From: Pyrinomonadaceae bacterium
Lineage (GTDB): Bacteria; Acidobacteriota; Blastocatellia; Pyrinomonadales; Pyrinomonadaceae
Assembly (NCBI GenBank): GCA_036006625.1
Contig: DASYPN010000260.1
Coordinates: 295-64,294, forward strand
Direction of reading: 5' to 3'
DNA: 64,000 bases
Shown here piece after piece: positions 9,401 to 18,062 of the stretch. The notes under the pieces were generated by a model that saw only the letters and a list, made by a program, of their open reading frames with translations, was not told where the DNA came from and ran no database searches. Made by a program: the position numbers and the translations under genes. Each line of letters starts with the position of its first letter. Positions within the stretch are counted from its first letter, which is position 1.

Positions 9401-9875
9401 CCTCGGCGAGACACAACGTGCAGAACAGGAATTTCTCGACGGCATCGCGCTCGCCGAAGCGATTGGAGAGAATCGTGTGCTGGCGTTATTTCGATCAAGC
9501 CTCGGAGTGGTTCAGGCGATTCAGGGACGATACGATGAGGCGTTGAAAACAGTTGAGGAGAATTTTAAACGCTCGTCGCCGAGTTTGTTGTACACACATT
9601 TCGAAGCGCTCAGATGTTTTGCGGAAGTGAGATTTCGTCGCGGTGAGATCGACGAAGCGGAACAACTCTGCCGCCAGGCTGAAGAGCTCGTGTCACCGAC
9701 TGAGTCGCGTGTCAGCCGTCTATGGCTCGGGCCACTCTACATCGAAGTTCTACTCGCCGCACAAAAGCGCGACGAAGCCGCGACAAGACTCGCCGCCTAC
9801 AAGACACTCGTCGACGACTGCCAATCTCCCCGCTTCTCCTCCGAAGCCACCCGCCTCGCCAGCGAAATCAGTTAG
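6477..9875 (+). CDS. Ser/Thr protein kinase fused to an AAA/STAND-type NTPase and TPR repeats
   Basis: Kinase motifs GRGGMGTVYRA, HRDLKPDNVLL and GTAAYMAPEQ; Walker A GEPGAGKSRL; a long helical TPR-like C-terminal region. 1132 aa. Confidence 0.9.
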   Translation: MVDSQQTRILPDELRTTVPLVGTILRDRYRLDSELGRGGMGTVYRATDLELQREVAVKVLATTAQTSDARERLVREARSAAALNHPHIVTIHDVGEASGFPFLVMELVAGPRLSQARPTDISRIVSIAVQICDALEHAHNNKIVHRDLKPDNVLLAGMGESSSVKLADLGLALPAYGARISRAGVIVGTAAYMAPEQALGQPVDGRADLYALGVLLYDLTTGRVPFTGDDPLTIISQHVHAHVVPPRMLCPDIPPSLETVIVRLLAKDPAQRFSTAAETRAALLNSLKSTETLPTETAPAVAILDALSRGRLVGRNAELAEARELWQRAREGRGHAVLLSGEPGAGKSRLAREITIQAAVDGAVVLSGGCYEYEAATPYLPFVEAFRRWVREEKSDEHLREVLGDAATQIAKLAPEIETRLGPFPERQELAAHEERLLFFDAVVQVFSNIARRQSLLFYADDLHWADRGTLWLLGHLLRQLRDSRVLILGAYRETELDRAHPLAKSLVDWNRERLITRIVLRRFSESETGDQLGALLGEQVSGEFAVAVHRETEGNPFFVEEVLKALIERGSVRRESGRWRRCDMEELLIPQSVKEAIGNRLDRVSQNTNEVLRVSAILGKVFTFEELSAAAEQNEDTLLDALDEATGAQLIAAGPGDSFSFTHDKIREVLYEELNPIRRRRLHRHVAEGLERRCRTSQCAVEKLAHHYIQAGDHQRGLEYAKQAAAEAARVFAFDEAIAAYGRARDCAEALGLTEEQLAQEEAIGKAFMLHGDTILAAEHFEHALALATDPATRVRLQSQAAASLVTTGDPRGSEYLREALLVLDPVTNPLETANALSTEARFHHLAGRHKKTIELLTRAVELVEPIAEGDHVSPFEATVISQIYPYTAAGYQHYGLYEKSDEWARRAIDFGEKHNVLFAQASGIEFLGENCIHKGTYEAGLGYAEREIEIANKLHSRERRAWTHYYAAQCRFYLGETQRAEQEFLDGIALAEAIGENRVLALFRSSLGVVQAIQGRYDEALKTVEENFKRSSPSLLYTHFEALRCFAEVRFRRGEIDEAEQLCRQAEELVSPTESRVSRLWLGPLYIEVLLAAQKRDEAATRLAAYKTLVDDCQSPRFSSEATRLASEIS

Positions 9876-9981
9876 CCATAGATTTATTTGAGAGATGCCA
9901 CGATTTTGCAACCTTCGGTGGCCTAAGCGGGAGAAGAATGCGGGTAATTCCCTCGAACTATTTAGTTTATCCCCCGCAACG

Positions 9982-10032
9982 GCCACGGATTTGCACAGAT
10001 TGTTATGGATTTTATCCGTGCAAATCCGTGGC
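9982..10032. repeat. Family G hairpin (GCCACGGATTTGCAC ... GTGCAAATCCGTGGC)
   Basis: 15-bp perfect arms at 9982-9996 and 10018-10032, located between convergent genes. It is related to the 47546-47595 palindrome and to a half-site at 59366-59378. Confidence 0.7.
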
Positions 10033-10037
10033 TAACC

Positions 10038-11948
10038 TTACATGCTGCTCACCGCGTCGCCATTCTTGAGGTAGCGATCGAGGAAGTCGAGAATCGCTTT
10101 GTACGCCCGGATCTCGTTGGCTTTCTTCGTGAATCCGTGGCCCTCGTTGTCAAACAGCACGTATTCAACAACGCCGCCGCGCTTCTTGATATTCTCAACA
10201 ATCTCATCCGACTCCGGCTTGATCACGCGCGGATCGTTCGAACCCTGCAACACGATCAGAGGCTTCACGATGTTGTCGGCATGAAACAGCGGCGAAATTG
10301 CCCGCAGGTTCTCCAACTGCGTACTCGGATCGCCAATCTCCTTATAGAGCGACTTCCGGAATGATTCCCAGTATGGCGGAATCGACTGCAGCGTTCGCAC
10401 CCAGTTTGAAACTCCAAACAAATCGACGCCGACAGCAAACTCCTGGGGCTTGAACGCGAGCGCGGCCAGAACCATGTAACCACCATACGACCCGCCCGCA
10501 ATTCCGATCTTCCGCTCATCGACATACCCGAGCGACGCGAGATACTTCTTCGCTTGGACACAATCCCAAAGCGGTTCGCGCCCGTGCTTGCCGTCGTCAG
10601 AAGTAAAGAACGACTTACCGTATCCGCTCGAGCCACGATTGTTGACGCCAAGCACCGCATAACCATGGTTCACGAGATACTGCGTGAGCGGGCTGTAACC
10701 AACACGCGTCTGTCCACCCGGACCACCATGGACCAGCACGAGTGCCGGAACCTTGCTCGTCGCGCTTGCACCTTTTGGCTTGTAAAGAATCGAAGGCACC
10801 TCAACCCCGTCAAACGATTTGTAACGGATCACCTGTGAGTCCACGAGATCGGCCTGGTTGATCTCAGGATTCAAGCTGTCGGTGAGTTTCGTCGCTTTTT
10901 TCGTGACGAAGTCGTAGACGTAAAGATTGCTCGGACTGCGATCGCCGTTTAAATAAAAGGTCATCAGCTTCTCGCTCGGCGAGATGTTTACGCCCGTGAT
11001 GTCTGCGTTCGGAAGTTGCGGCAGACTGACGAGCTTGCCCGTTGCAGTGTCATAGATTTTGATCTTAGTGCGTGCATCTTCATTGATTGCCGTGACGCGA
11101 TACTTTCCGTTGTTTGAGAAGTAAGTGTAAGAAACGTCCCACGATGTCTTCTCAACCACTTCGCTCTTGCCTGTCGCCAGATCGTAACGCGCGACATATT
11201 TGAACTCGCTACCCGCATCGGTCAGGTAGTAGAGATATTTCGAGTTGACGTCAAACGTTTCTGCGCCGTTGCCGACATCACCGGTATGCGCAGTGATGTT
11301 CTTCATCTCTTTGGTCGCGGTGTTGTAAAGAAAGATATCCGAATCGGCCGTCGAAGCACCGTTCTTCTGAAACGCGACGTACTTCTTATCGTCGGAAATC
11401 GCGCTGACGTCCAGACCTTGTTCGTCTTTGTAGATCAGGGTCGGCTTGAACGTGTCGATCGGCATTTCGAAGATGTCGAAGAAACGCGCATCCCGTTCAT
11501 TCGTCGAGTAGAAGAATGTCTTGCGGTCGTGACTCCAGCCGATAAAATTCGCTTTCACTTTGTCACCCGGCGTGAGGTCGCGTTCGGTGCCGTCAAGCTC
11601 GCGCAGGTACAGGTGACTGTTCTCGTTGCCGCCGCGATCGTACGTATAAAGGAAGCGCGTGTCTTTCGGGAAATATGAAACGGCGAAGGTGCTTTCTTTA
11701 GTTGAGTTCGTCAACTGCGCCGCCGCACCACCAGTCACGGGAACAGAATAGACGTTGAAGATCCCCGTCTTGTTGGTGTGGAAAAGGATCGACTTTTCAT
11801 CAGATGAGAAGGAGCTGCCGCCGACGCGAACAGTGTTCATGAACTGTTCGATGGTGTACTCCTTAACAGCTTGTGTTTTCTTCTGCTGCGCGACCGCGGA
11901 GGACACAGCAACAACGAACATGAGGATAAATAGTGAAACACGTCTCAT
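10038..11948 (-). CDS. S9-family serine peptidase (prolyl oligopeptidase / acylaminoacyl-peptidase type) with an N-terminal beta-propeller
   Basis: Signal peptide; PD40-like repeats; nucleophile motif GIAGGSYGGYM; C-terminal DNEGHGF. AAGGAG lies 6-7 nt upstream of the ATG. Confidence 0.9.
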   Translation of the reverse strand: MRRVSLFILMFVVAVSSAVAQQKKTQAVKEYTIEQFMNTVRVGGSSFSSDEKSILFHTNKTGIFNVYSVPVTGGAAAQLTNSTKESTFAVSYFPKDTRFLYTYDRGGNENSHLYLRELDGTERDLTPGDKVKANFIGWSHDRKTFFYSTNERDARFFDIFEMPIDTFKPTLIYKDEQGLDVSAISDDKKYVAFQKNGASTADSDIFLYNTATKEMKNITAHTGDVGNGAETFDVNSKYLYYLTDAGSEFKYVARYDLATGKSEVVEKTSWDVSYTYFSNNGKYRVTAINEDARTKIKIYDTATGKLVSLPQLPNADITGVNISPSEKLMTFYLNGDRSPSNLYVYDFVTKKATKLTDSLNPEINQADLVDSQVIRYKSFDGVEVPSILYKPKGASATSKVPALVLVHGGPGGQTRVGYSPLTQYLVNHGYAVLGVNNRGSSGYGKSFFTSDDGKHGREPLWDCVQAKKYLASLGYVDERKIGIAGGSYGGYMVLAALAFKPQEFAVGVDLFGVSNWVRTLQSIPPYWESFRKSLYKEIGDPSTQLENLRAISPLFHADNIVKPLIVLQGSNDPRVIKPESDEIVENIKKRGGVVEYVLFDNEGHGFTKKANEIRAYKAILDFLDRYLKNGDAVSSM

Positions 11949-11964
11949 GGCAATCTCCTTTACG

Positions 11965-11990
11965 TATCCTGAAGAATCCTGTTAATCCTG
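11965..11990. repeat. Phased CAGGATT array (3 units) in the 64-nt spacer upstream of the S9 peptidase start
   Basis: On the plus strand: TATCCTG at 11965-71, AATCCTG at 11975-81 and AATCCTG at 11984-90 (spacing 10 and 9 nt). Confidence 0.6.
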
Positions 11991-12012
11991 TCTAAAAAAC
12001 TTGCGGTAAGCA

Positions 12013-13671
12013 CTACAGCAGGCCATTCACATCCCGAACATCATACTCCCCGATGAGGTCGATGCCGAGCGCGGTGAAACGACGGGCGGCCGCTGCTGCT
12101 CGCTCGTCGTGTTCGTGCTCCTTAGACCATTTAGCATGCTTGACCAGCAACGCAAATTCCATGATGCGGCCTAAAGTGAGGCTGAAACGGCGCGCACCAG
12201 CTTCAAGCGCCGGCTGACCTGCATACATTGCACTGTCCAACCAGCTCGCCGCATGATCCAAAGCTGAACGTGCGATTCGAGTCGCGTCTGCAGTCTCCTC
12301 AAGACAACGCATCACGGCCGACTCAAATCGCGCCAATCCTTGTTTCAGATCATTGTCTCCACTCTGGAGAGCACGCAGCGTATCGAGTGCGAGAACATTC
12401 GTTGTCCCTTCCCAAATTGGGAGCACCTGGCTGTCGCGTAGCAGCACCGGCAGCCCTGTGTCTTCAATGTAACCGGCGCCACCAAATGTCTCGAGCACTT
12501 CACTCGCAACCATCACCGACTGTTTGCCTGTCGTGAGTTTCATCACCGGCGTCAACACACGCAGCAAGAACGCATCATCGTCGCTAATCTCGCGTGTTTC
12601 GCTGCGACCAGTCAACTCGGCGACGTAGAAAGCGAGTTGAAAAGCACCGGCTGTCTCGGCAAGCAGAGTTGCAAGTGTATCGCGATGCAAAGGTTTCTCT
12701 GAGAGTGGTGCGGCGAAAGCGACACGTTTGTGAGCGTAGTCGAAACTGAGTGCGAGTCCGCGTCGCATCAGAGAGACCGCGCTGATGCCGTTCCAGAGCC
12801 GAGTGATGTTGAGTAACGGCGCGATGTTGCGCACGCCGTCAGTTGGCCCTTTCACAAGATGCGCGGGAGTTCCGTTGAGTGTTAACTCGGCCGTCGGCAC
12901 TTTGCGTGTTCCGAGTTTGTCTTTGAGCCGGTTGATCTGAATGTTCTGCGGGCGACCATGGGCGTCTCGTGTTTCGAGATAGAAAAGTGCGAGCCCGCGT
13001 CCGCCAGGTGGATTGCCTTCCGGACGCGCGAGTGTAAGCGCCATCTGCGAGCTGATCGCAGACGTGAACCACTTGCGACCGTAAAGACGAAAGATGTCGC
13101 CGTCCTTTTTTGCGATTGTTTCGGAAATTCCGACATCGGAGCCACCAGTGAGTTCAGTCATCCATTGGCCGGCAGTCCAAAACTCTTTCGGGTCTCGTGT
13201 GATCAAGTGAGGCACAGCACGATCGATCAGCGCTTGATTACCCGAACCGAGCAACGTGCGCGCAGCACCGTCAGTCATCGCGAGTGGACAACTGTAGATA
13301 TCAGTCGAAGGTGTAAACAGATATGCGAGCGCGCACTGATGTACTCTCGACAGACTGCCGTGTCTTTGCTCGTAAGCTGTAGCAACTACTCCATGCTCCG
13401 CCGCAATGCGCTCAGCCACACGCCACAGTGGTGTCAGCTCGATCTTGTCGACGCGGTTTCCCCACGCATCCCACTGCGTGAGCCTCGGCTCATTCAACCG
13501 GTCAGCTAACTGCAACTCGTAGAGCTCCGATCCAGCAAGCCTTCCCATCTCCACGAGCGACTCCTCAACATCACGCAAGACTTCGGCCGGCGACACACGC
13601 GCTAAATACGAACGCAGCAACAGGTCGTCGGTATATTGATTACCTAAAGTTGGAGGCGACTGCTCAAACAT
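12013..13671 (-). CDS. Acyl-CoA dehydrogenase family protein (AidB-like, long form)
   Basis: 552 aa; ELTGGSDVG, WFTSA and GGAGYIEDTGLPVLLRDSQVLPIWEGTTNV are typical ACAD signatures. The start codon abuts the stop of the upstream gene. Confidence 0.85.
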   Translation of the reverse strand: MFEQSPPTLGNQYTDDLLLRSYLARVSPAEVLRDVEESLVEMGRLAGSELYELQLADRLNEPRLTQWDAWGNRVDKIELTPLWRVAERIAAEHGVVATAYEQRHGSLSRVHQCALAYLFTPSTDIYSCPLAMTDGAARTLLGSGNQALIDRAVPHLITRDPKEFWTAGQWMTELTGGSDVGISETIAKKDGDIFRLYGRKWFTSAISSQMALTLARPEGNPPGGRGLALFYLETRDAHGRPQNIQINRLKDKLGTRKVPTAELTLNGTPAHLVKGPTDGVRNIAPLLNITRLWNGISAVSLMRRGLALSFDYAHKRVAFAAPLSEKPLHRDTLATLLAETAGAFQLAFYVAELTGRSETREISDDDAFLLRVLTPVMKLTTGKQSVMVASEVLETFGGAGYIEDTGLPVLLRDSQVLPIWEGTTNVLALDTLRALQSGDNDLKQGLARFESAVMRCLEETADATRIARSALDHAASWLDSAMYAGQPALEAGARRFSLTLGRIMEFALLVKHAKWSKEHEHDERAAAAARRFTALGIDLIGEYDVRDVNGLL

Positions 13672-14862
13672 TCATTTCACAGGTTCGGGCTTCTTGATCG
13701 TCATTTCGTATATGTCGCCAAGGTAACGCACATAGAATTGCATCTTCCCTGTTTGGAGGTATGAATTCAAACGAGCACTCGTCGTGTAATCACGATGCGT
13801 AAGATAGCCATCAGTGTCGTGGTCTATTTCTTCACCGGGCCTGGCAACGGCCTTTTCGATGTCTGGGAAAATTCCAGATGCCATCTCTTCCCTGGCGATG
13901 CTGAATAACGCAGACTTGTCGATCTTCGCAGCCTCGTCTCGGCTTAACCGCCGTGCCACGATCGTGGTTGGTTTAGGATAATAACCAAGACGTTGCATGT
14001 CTTTCACGATCCGAAGTTCCGTCTGAACGTAGCCCAGACCCATTGCCTTGTATTTTTGTCGTAGCTCTCCGAGGGTCCGGTTTATAGCCTGGCTGCGTTC
14101 GATGTCCTTCCTACGAGAGATCTCCTGGATTTGACGAAGCGGGACACCATCCGGGTAAGCGCGAGCATATTCTTTGCTTTTAACTAACGGCTTTATTTCT
14201 CCTGTGACGTGGTTGTAGGCGACGATTGCCACCGTAAAATAATCCGGGTCTCCGTGCGCCTCGAACACCTCCCAGTCGCCAAATAGCGGCCATTCGTTCC
14301 CGCCTGACACGCACTCTGATTCTTCCCACGAACGGGAAATCTTCCCGGCGTGTTGGGCCTCGGTCCAAACGCCCGATGACAAATACTCTTTCTCCCTGGT
14401 AACCGCATCAATCTTCATGCAGACGTTGAATTCAAGTTGCCCTTCGTTTATGAATCTGAGCCGAGCGTTGGAGTACTGAAACATGCTCCCTTTCGATTCA
14501 TAGCTCCGCCCTTCAATCGGCGACGGCGAAAGAACTATAAGCTCTTCGATTTTGCCGCTCTGAACGTTGAGTCGTTTGAGACGGAACGTGTCCTTCGCTA
14601 CGGACACGCCATACGTAGGCGAGCCGCCGAAAACAAAACCTGGATTCTCCGTCACCCTGGCGGTGCCGCTGACCCGACGCTCGACGTAGTAGACATATTG
14701 CCCATCCGCAGAATAAACAGGCGCGAGATAACCCTCATAAGTCTGCACTCCAAACTGCCCCACCACACGCACCCCCACCCACGCCACCACGGCGAACAGA
14801 GCGCACGCTCCGATGATTAAAAGGACAATGCTTCTGGACATAGAGACAATGCTTCTGGACAT
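13672..14862 (-). CDS. Hypothetical N-terminally membrane-anchored protein
   Basis: 396-aa ORF with a TM helix (VLLIIGACALFAVVAWVGV) and no recognisable family. Its stop codon (13672-13674) is directly followed by the ACAD start codon. An alternative start at 14841 results from a 21-bp duplication. Confidence 0.6.
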   Translation of the reverse strand: MSRSIVSMSRSIVLLIIGACALFAVVAWVGVRVVGQFGVQTYEGYLAPVYSADGQYVYYVERRVSGTARVTENPGFVFGGSPTYGVSVAKDTFRLKRLNVQSGKIEELIVLSPSPIEGRSYESKGSMFQYSNARLRFINEGQLEFNVCMKIDAVTREKEYLSSGVWTEAQHAGKISRSWEESECVSGGNEWPLFGDWEVFEAHGDPDYFTVAIVAYNHVTGEIKPLVKSKEYARAYPDGVPLRQIQEISRRKDIERSQAINRTLGELRQKYKAMGLGYVQTELRIVKDMQRLGYYPKPTTIVARRLSRDEAAKIDKSALFSIAREEMASGIFPDIEKAVARPGEEIDHDTDGYLTHRDYTTSARLNSYLQTGKMQFYVRYLGDIYEMTIKKPEPVK

Positions 14863-14865
14863 AGA
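14824..14865. repeat. Perfect 21-bp tandem duplication spanning the start codon
   Basis: GACAATGCTTCTGGACATAGA occurs twice (14824-14844 and 14845-14865). This produces MSRSIVS-MSRSIV and two in-frame ATGs. Confidence 0.9.
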
Positions 14866-14933
14866 ATAGACACGCGCCGCGAACCCGCGCCAATTTTCTC
14901 AATAAGATTTGTGACCGGCAAGAAGGAGTCTAG

Positions 14934-15172
14934 GCGCAGCGCCAAAGGCGCGGGATATGTTAGCCAGGGGCAAGCGCTGAGCGAAGCGAAGCGCGTCGCC
15001 CCTGGGTAGCGTAAATTAATTGAAGTGAGCACTGAAAGTGCGAAATATCAACGCTAGTTATTCCGCTCTTTCAGAGCTTCACGCTCCGTATACTTTGATT
15101 CCAGGGGCGACGCGCCTCGCGTTGCTCGGCGCTTGCCCCTGGCTATCATATTTCGCGCCTTTGGCGCTGCGC
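14934..15172. mobile_element. Family C MITE-like nested-palindrome element (~240 bp)
   Basis: The termini GCGCAGCGCCAAAGGCGCGGGATATGTTAGCCAGGGG and CCCCTGGCTATCATATTTCGCGCCTTTGGCGCTGCGC are inverted. Internal hairpins include CCAGGGGCAAGCGC..GCGTCGCCCCTGG. No ORF. A second copy lies at 38485-38710. Confidence 0.7.
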
Positions 15173-15346
15173 ACACTGAATTCCAACTCTTGAGGCAACA
15201 GAGCTGTTGAACGACCCACCACGAACTCCGCTGTTACAAGTAAATCCTCCTAACATGCCACCGCCAACCGTTTGCGAATACGCTCCGACGGTGGTTAAAT
15301 GTGCTAACTTTTTCCTCTTTCCGAAGAGAGTCTTCCTTTAAAACCG

Positions 15347-18043
15347 ATGCCCTACGAGCCCCAAGAACAAGATCTTTTTCTCAAGTGCCTGCTGGAGGCG
15401 AATGTCGACGGCATCATCGCTTTCGATCGGGAATGCCGGTACACAACCTGGAATCGCGCGATGGAGCACATCTCCGGTGTGAAGCGCGAAGATGTTATCG
15501 GCAAAAATGCGTTCGAGCTATTTCCGTGCCTCACGCATACCGGCGAAGACAAGTTCTATCTCGATGCCCTCGCCGGCAAAAGCGTGGTCGCTGAGAACCG
15601 TCCCTACATCATCGCCCAATCCGGTTGCAACGGTTTCTTTGATGGTTACTACTCTCCGCGTCACGACGAACACGGCGAAGTAGTCGGCGGCGTCGCGATC
15701 ATTCGCGACGTCACGGAACGGAAACTGGTCGAAGCAACAACCGCAGACGATCACAGGCGACTCGCTTTTCACGTTGAGAACACACCACTCGCAGTCATCG
15801 AATGGGACGAGGAATTCAGAGTGCTGCGCTGGTCACCCGCCGCACAAAGACTCTTCGGCTGGCACGCGCAGGAAGTTCTCGGCAAGCGCTTCAGCGATTG
15901 GCAATTCGTAGTTCCCGACGACATCGAAGTCGTCAACCAGGTGGGCCACCGGCAAAATCAGGGACAGGAACGCCACGGCATTTCGCGCAATCGTAATTAC
16001 AACAAGCTCGGTTCAATCATTCATTGCGAGTGGTACAACTCCGCACTCTATAACGAAAACGGAAAGCTCGTTTCGGTTCTCTCACTCGTGCTGGACGTGA
16101 CAGTCGCGACGCGAATTGAAGAGGCACTGCGAAAGTCTGAAGCGCAATATCGCCTGCTCTTCGAGTCAAACCCGCAACCGATGTGGGTTTACGATCTCGC
16201 GACGCTTCGCTTTCTGGCGGTGAATGACGCTGCTGTGCGTCATTATGGCTATTCGCGCTCGGAATTCCTCGACATGACGATCAAGGACATCCGCCCGCCG
16301 GAAGATCTGAAACGGCTCGAAGACTATCTTGTTTCCGACGCGGGAGTAGAACAGGGAGTTGAATGGCGTCATAGAAAGAAAGACGGCACGGTTATCAATG
16401 TCGAGATCACTTCGAACCGGTTGACCTTTGCCGGCAGGTCGGCAGAGTTTGTTCTCGTCCAGGACATCACCGAGCGAAAGAAAGCGGAGACTGCGCTGCG
16501 CATCAGTGAAGATCGCTACCGCGATCTGGTGGACAACAGTCACGAGCTTATCTGCACACACGATCTTGAAGGACGCGTGCTTCAGGTAAATCCCTGGGCT
16601 GCGCGCGTGTTGGGTTACCCGCAGGATTCTCTCGTCGGCATAAATATTCGCGACGGGCTTTTGCCTGAATATCGCGAACAGTTTGACGAGTATCTGCGCA
16701 CCGTAATCAGTGAAGGCTCGGCTCGCGGGGTCATGAAAGTCAGAACGGCCACGGGTGAAACGAGATTGTGGGAGTATTACAACACGCTTCGCACCGAGGG
16801 AGTCGAGCAACCAATCGTGCGCGGTATGGCCCATGACGCGACTGAGCGACGCCAGGCGCTGAAGCGAGAAAAAGAAGCGCGCATGGAAGCTGAAGCGGCC
16901 AATCGAGTGAAAGATGAATTCCTCTCCACACTCTCGCACGAACTACGCACGCCGCTGACGGCGATCATGGGCTGGTCCGATCTGCTGCTGCACGACGAAG
17001 TGGAACCGGAAAGATGGCGTACAGCGGTGGAAACAATTTTCCGCAACGCAAACTCGCAGTGTCAGTTAATCAACGATCTGCTCGAAGTGTCGCGCATTAT
17101 CACCGGCAAGTTGCGACTCGAATTTGTCGCCTGCGAGCTGCATTCGGTGATCGAAGCGGCAGCGGAGAGTATTCGGCCAACGGCCGAAGCCCGAGGGGTC
17201 AGATTGCAGGTTTTGCTTGAGCCACATGTTGGCCCAGTGTTTGGAGATCGCGAGCGGCTACAACAGATCGTTTGGAACTTGTTGTCGAATGGCGTCAAGT
17301 TTACGCGCCGAGGCGGACTGGTCCAGGTCACGTTGCAACGCATCAATTCTCACCTTGAGATCGTGGTGAACGACACCGGAGTGGGCATCAGTCCGGATTT
17401 TCTGCCGTATGTGTTTGAGCGTTTTCGTCAGGCCGATGGCTCGACGACAAGAAACTATGGCGGCCTGGGGCTCGGACTGGCGATCGTTCGACACCTCGTG
17501 GAATTGCACGGCGGTACTGCGCGGGCCGAAAGTGCCGGTGAGAACGAGGGATCGAAATTCACTATCAGACTGCCTGCTATGACTGACGACGACCGGCCAC
17601 TTCCGGAAGAGTTCAAACAACCCGCAATTGCCGAAGTGGGAACACGCGACCAGCGGCCTGCATCACTTTCCGGTTTGCGCGTGCTGGTAGTGGATGACGA
17701 GATTGATGCGCGGACGTTGTTGTCGATGATGCTCGAGAAGTGTGGCGCGCAGGTGATTGCGGTCGGTTCGTCGCGAGAAGGTTTAGAGTCGATCGAGAGT
17801 TGGAAGCCCGACGTGCTGATCGCCGACATCGGGATGCCGGTGGAAGATGGATACGGGTTGATCAGGAAAGTGCGTGCGTTGCCGAAGCAGAAGGGCGGGC
17901 ATATACCCGCGCTGGCGCTCACTGCTTATGCGCGAACGGAAGATCGCGTGCGCGCGCTTTCAGAAGGTTATCAGGTGCACCTCGCGAAGCCTGTGGATAG
18001 ATTCGAGCTCGCCGCGGTCATCGCCAGTTTGGGCCACAGATAA
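15347..18043 (+). CDS. Multi-PAS hybrid sensor histidine kinase with a C-terminal receiver
   Basis: About four PAS/PAC modules; H-box LSHELRTPLTAIMGW; NLLSNGVKFT, DTGVGISPDF and GGLGLGLAIV; receiver VLVVDDEIDA...DVLIADIGMP...LAKP. Confidence 0.9.
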   Translation: MPYEPQEQDLFLKCLLEANVDGIIAFDRECRYTTWNRAMEHISGVKREDVIGKNAFELFPCLTHTGEDKFYLDALAGKSVVAENRPYIIAQSGCNGFFDGYYSPRHDEHGEVVGGVAIIRDVTERKLVEATTADDHRRLAFHVENTPLAVIEWDEEFRVLRWSPAAQRLFGWHAQEVLGKRFSDWQFVVPDDIEVVNQVGHRQNQGQERHGISRNRNYNKLGSIIHCEWYNSALYNENGKLVSVLSLVLDVTVATRIEEALRKSEAQYRLLFESNPQPMWVYDLATLRFLAVNDAAVRHYGYSRSEFLDMTIKDIRPPEDLKRLEDYLVSDAGVEQGVEWRHRKKDGTVINVEITSNRLTFAGRSAEFVLVQDITERKKAETALRISEDRYRDLVDNSHELICTHDLEGRVLQVNPWAARVLGYPQDSLVGINIRDGLLPEYREQFDEYLRTVISEGSARGVMKVRTATGETRLWEYYNTLRTEGVEQPIVRGMAHDATERRQALKREKEARMEAEAANRVKDEFLSTLSHELRTPLTAIMGWSDLLLHDEVEPERWRTAVETIFRNANSQCQLINDLLEVSRIITGKLRLEFVACELHSVIEAAAESIRPTAEARGVRLQVLLEPHVGPVFGDRERLQQIVWNLLSNGVKFTRRGGLVQVTLQRINSHLEIVVNDTGVGISPDFLPYVFERFRQADGSTTRNYGGLGLGLAIVRHLVELHGGTARAESAGENEGSKFTIRLPAMTDDDRPLPEEFKQPAIAEVGTRDQRPASLSGLRVLVVDDEIDARTLLSMMLEKCGAQVIAVGSSREGLESIESWKPDVLIADIGMPVEDGYGLIRKVRALPKQKGGHIPALALTAYARTEDRVRALSEGYQVHLAKPVDRFELAAVIASLGHR

Positions 18044-18062
18044 ACGCGGATTGGTTACGCAT

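Noticed and set aside
16166-16939. 257-aa minus-strand ORF.
   Set aside because: It is antisense to the PAS region of the hybrid histidine kinase 15347..18043 and has no motifs.
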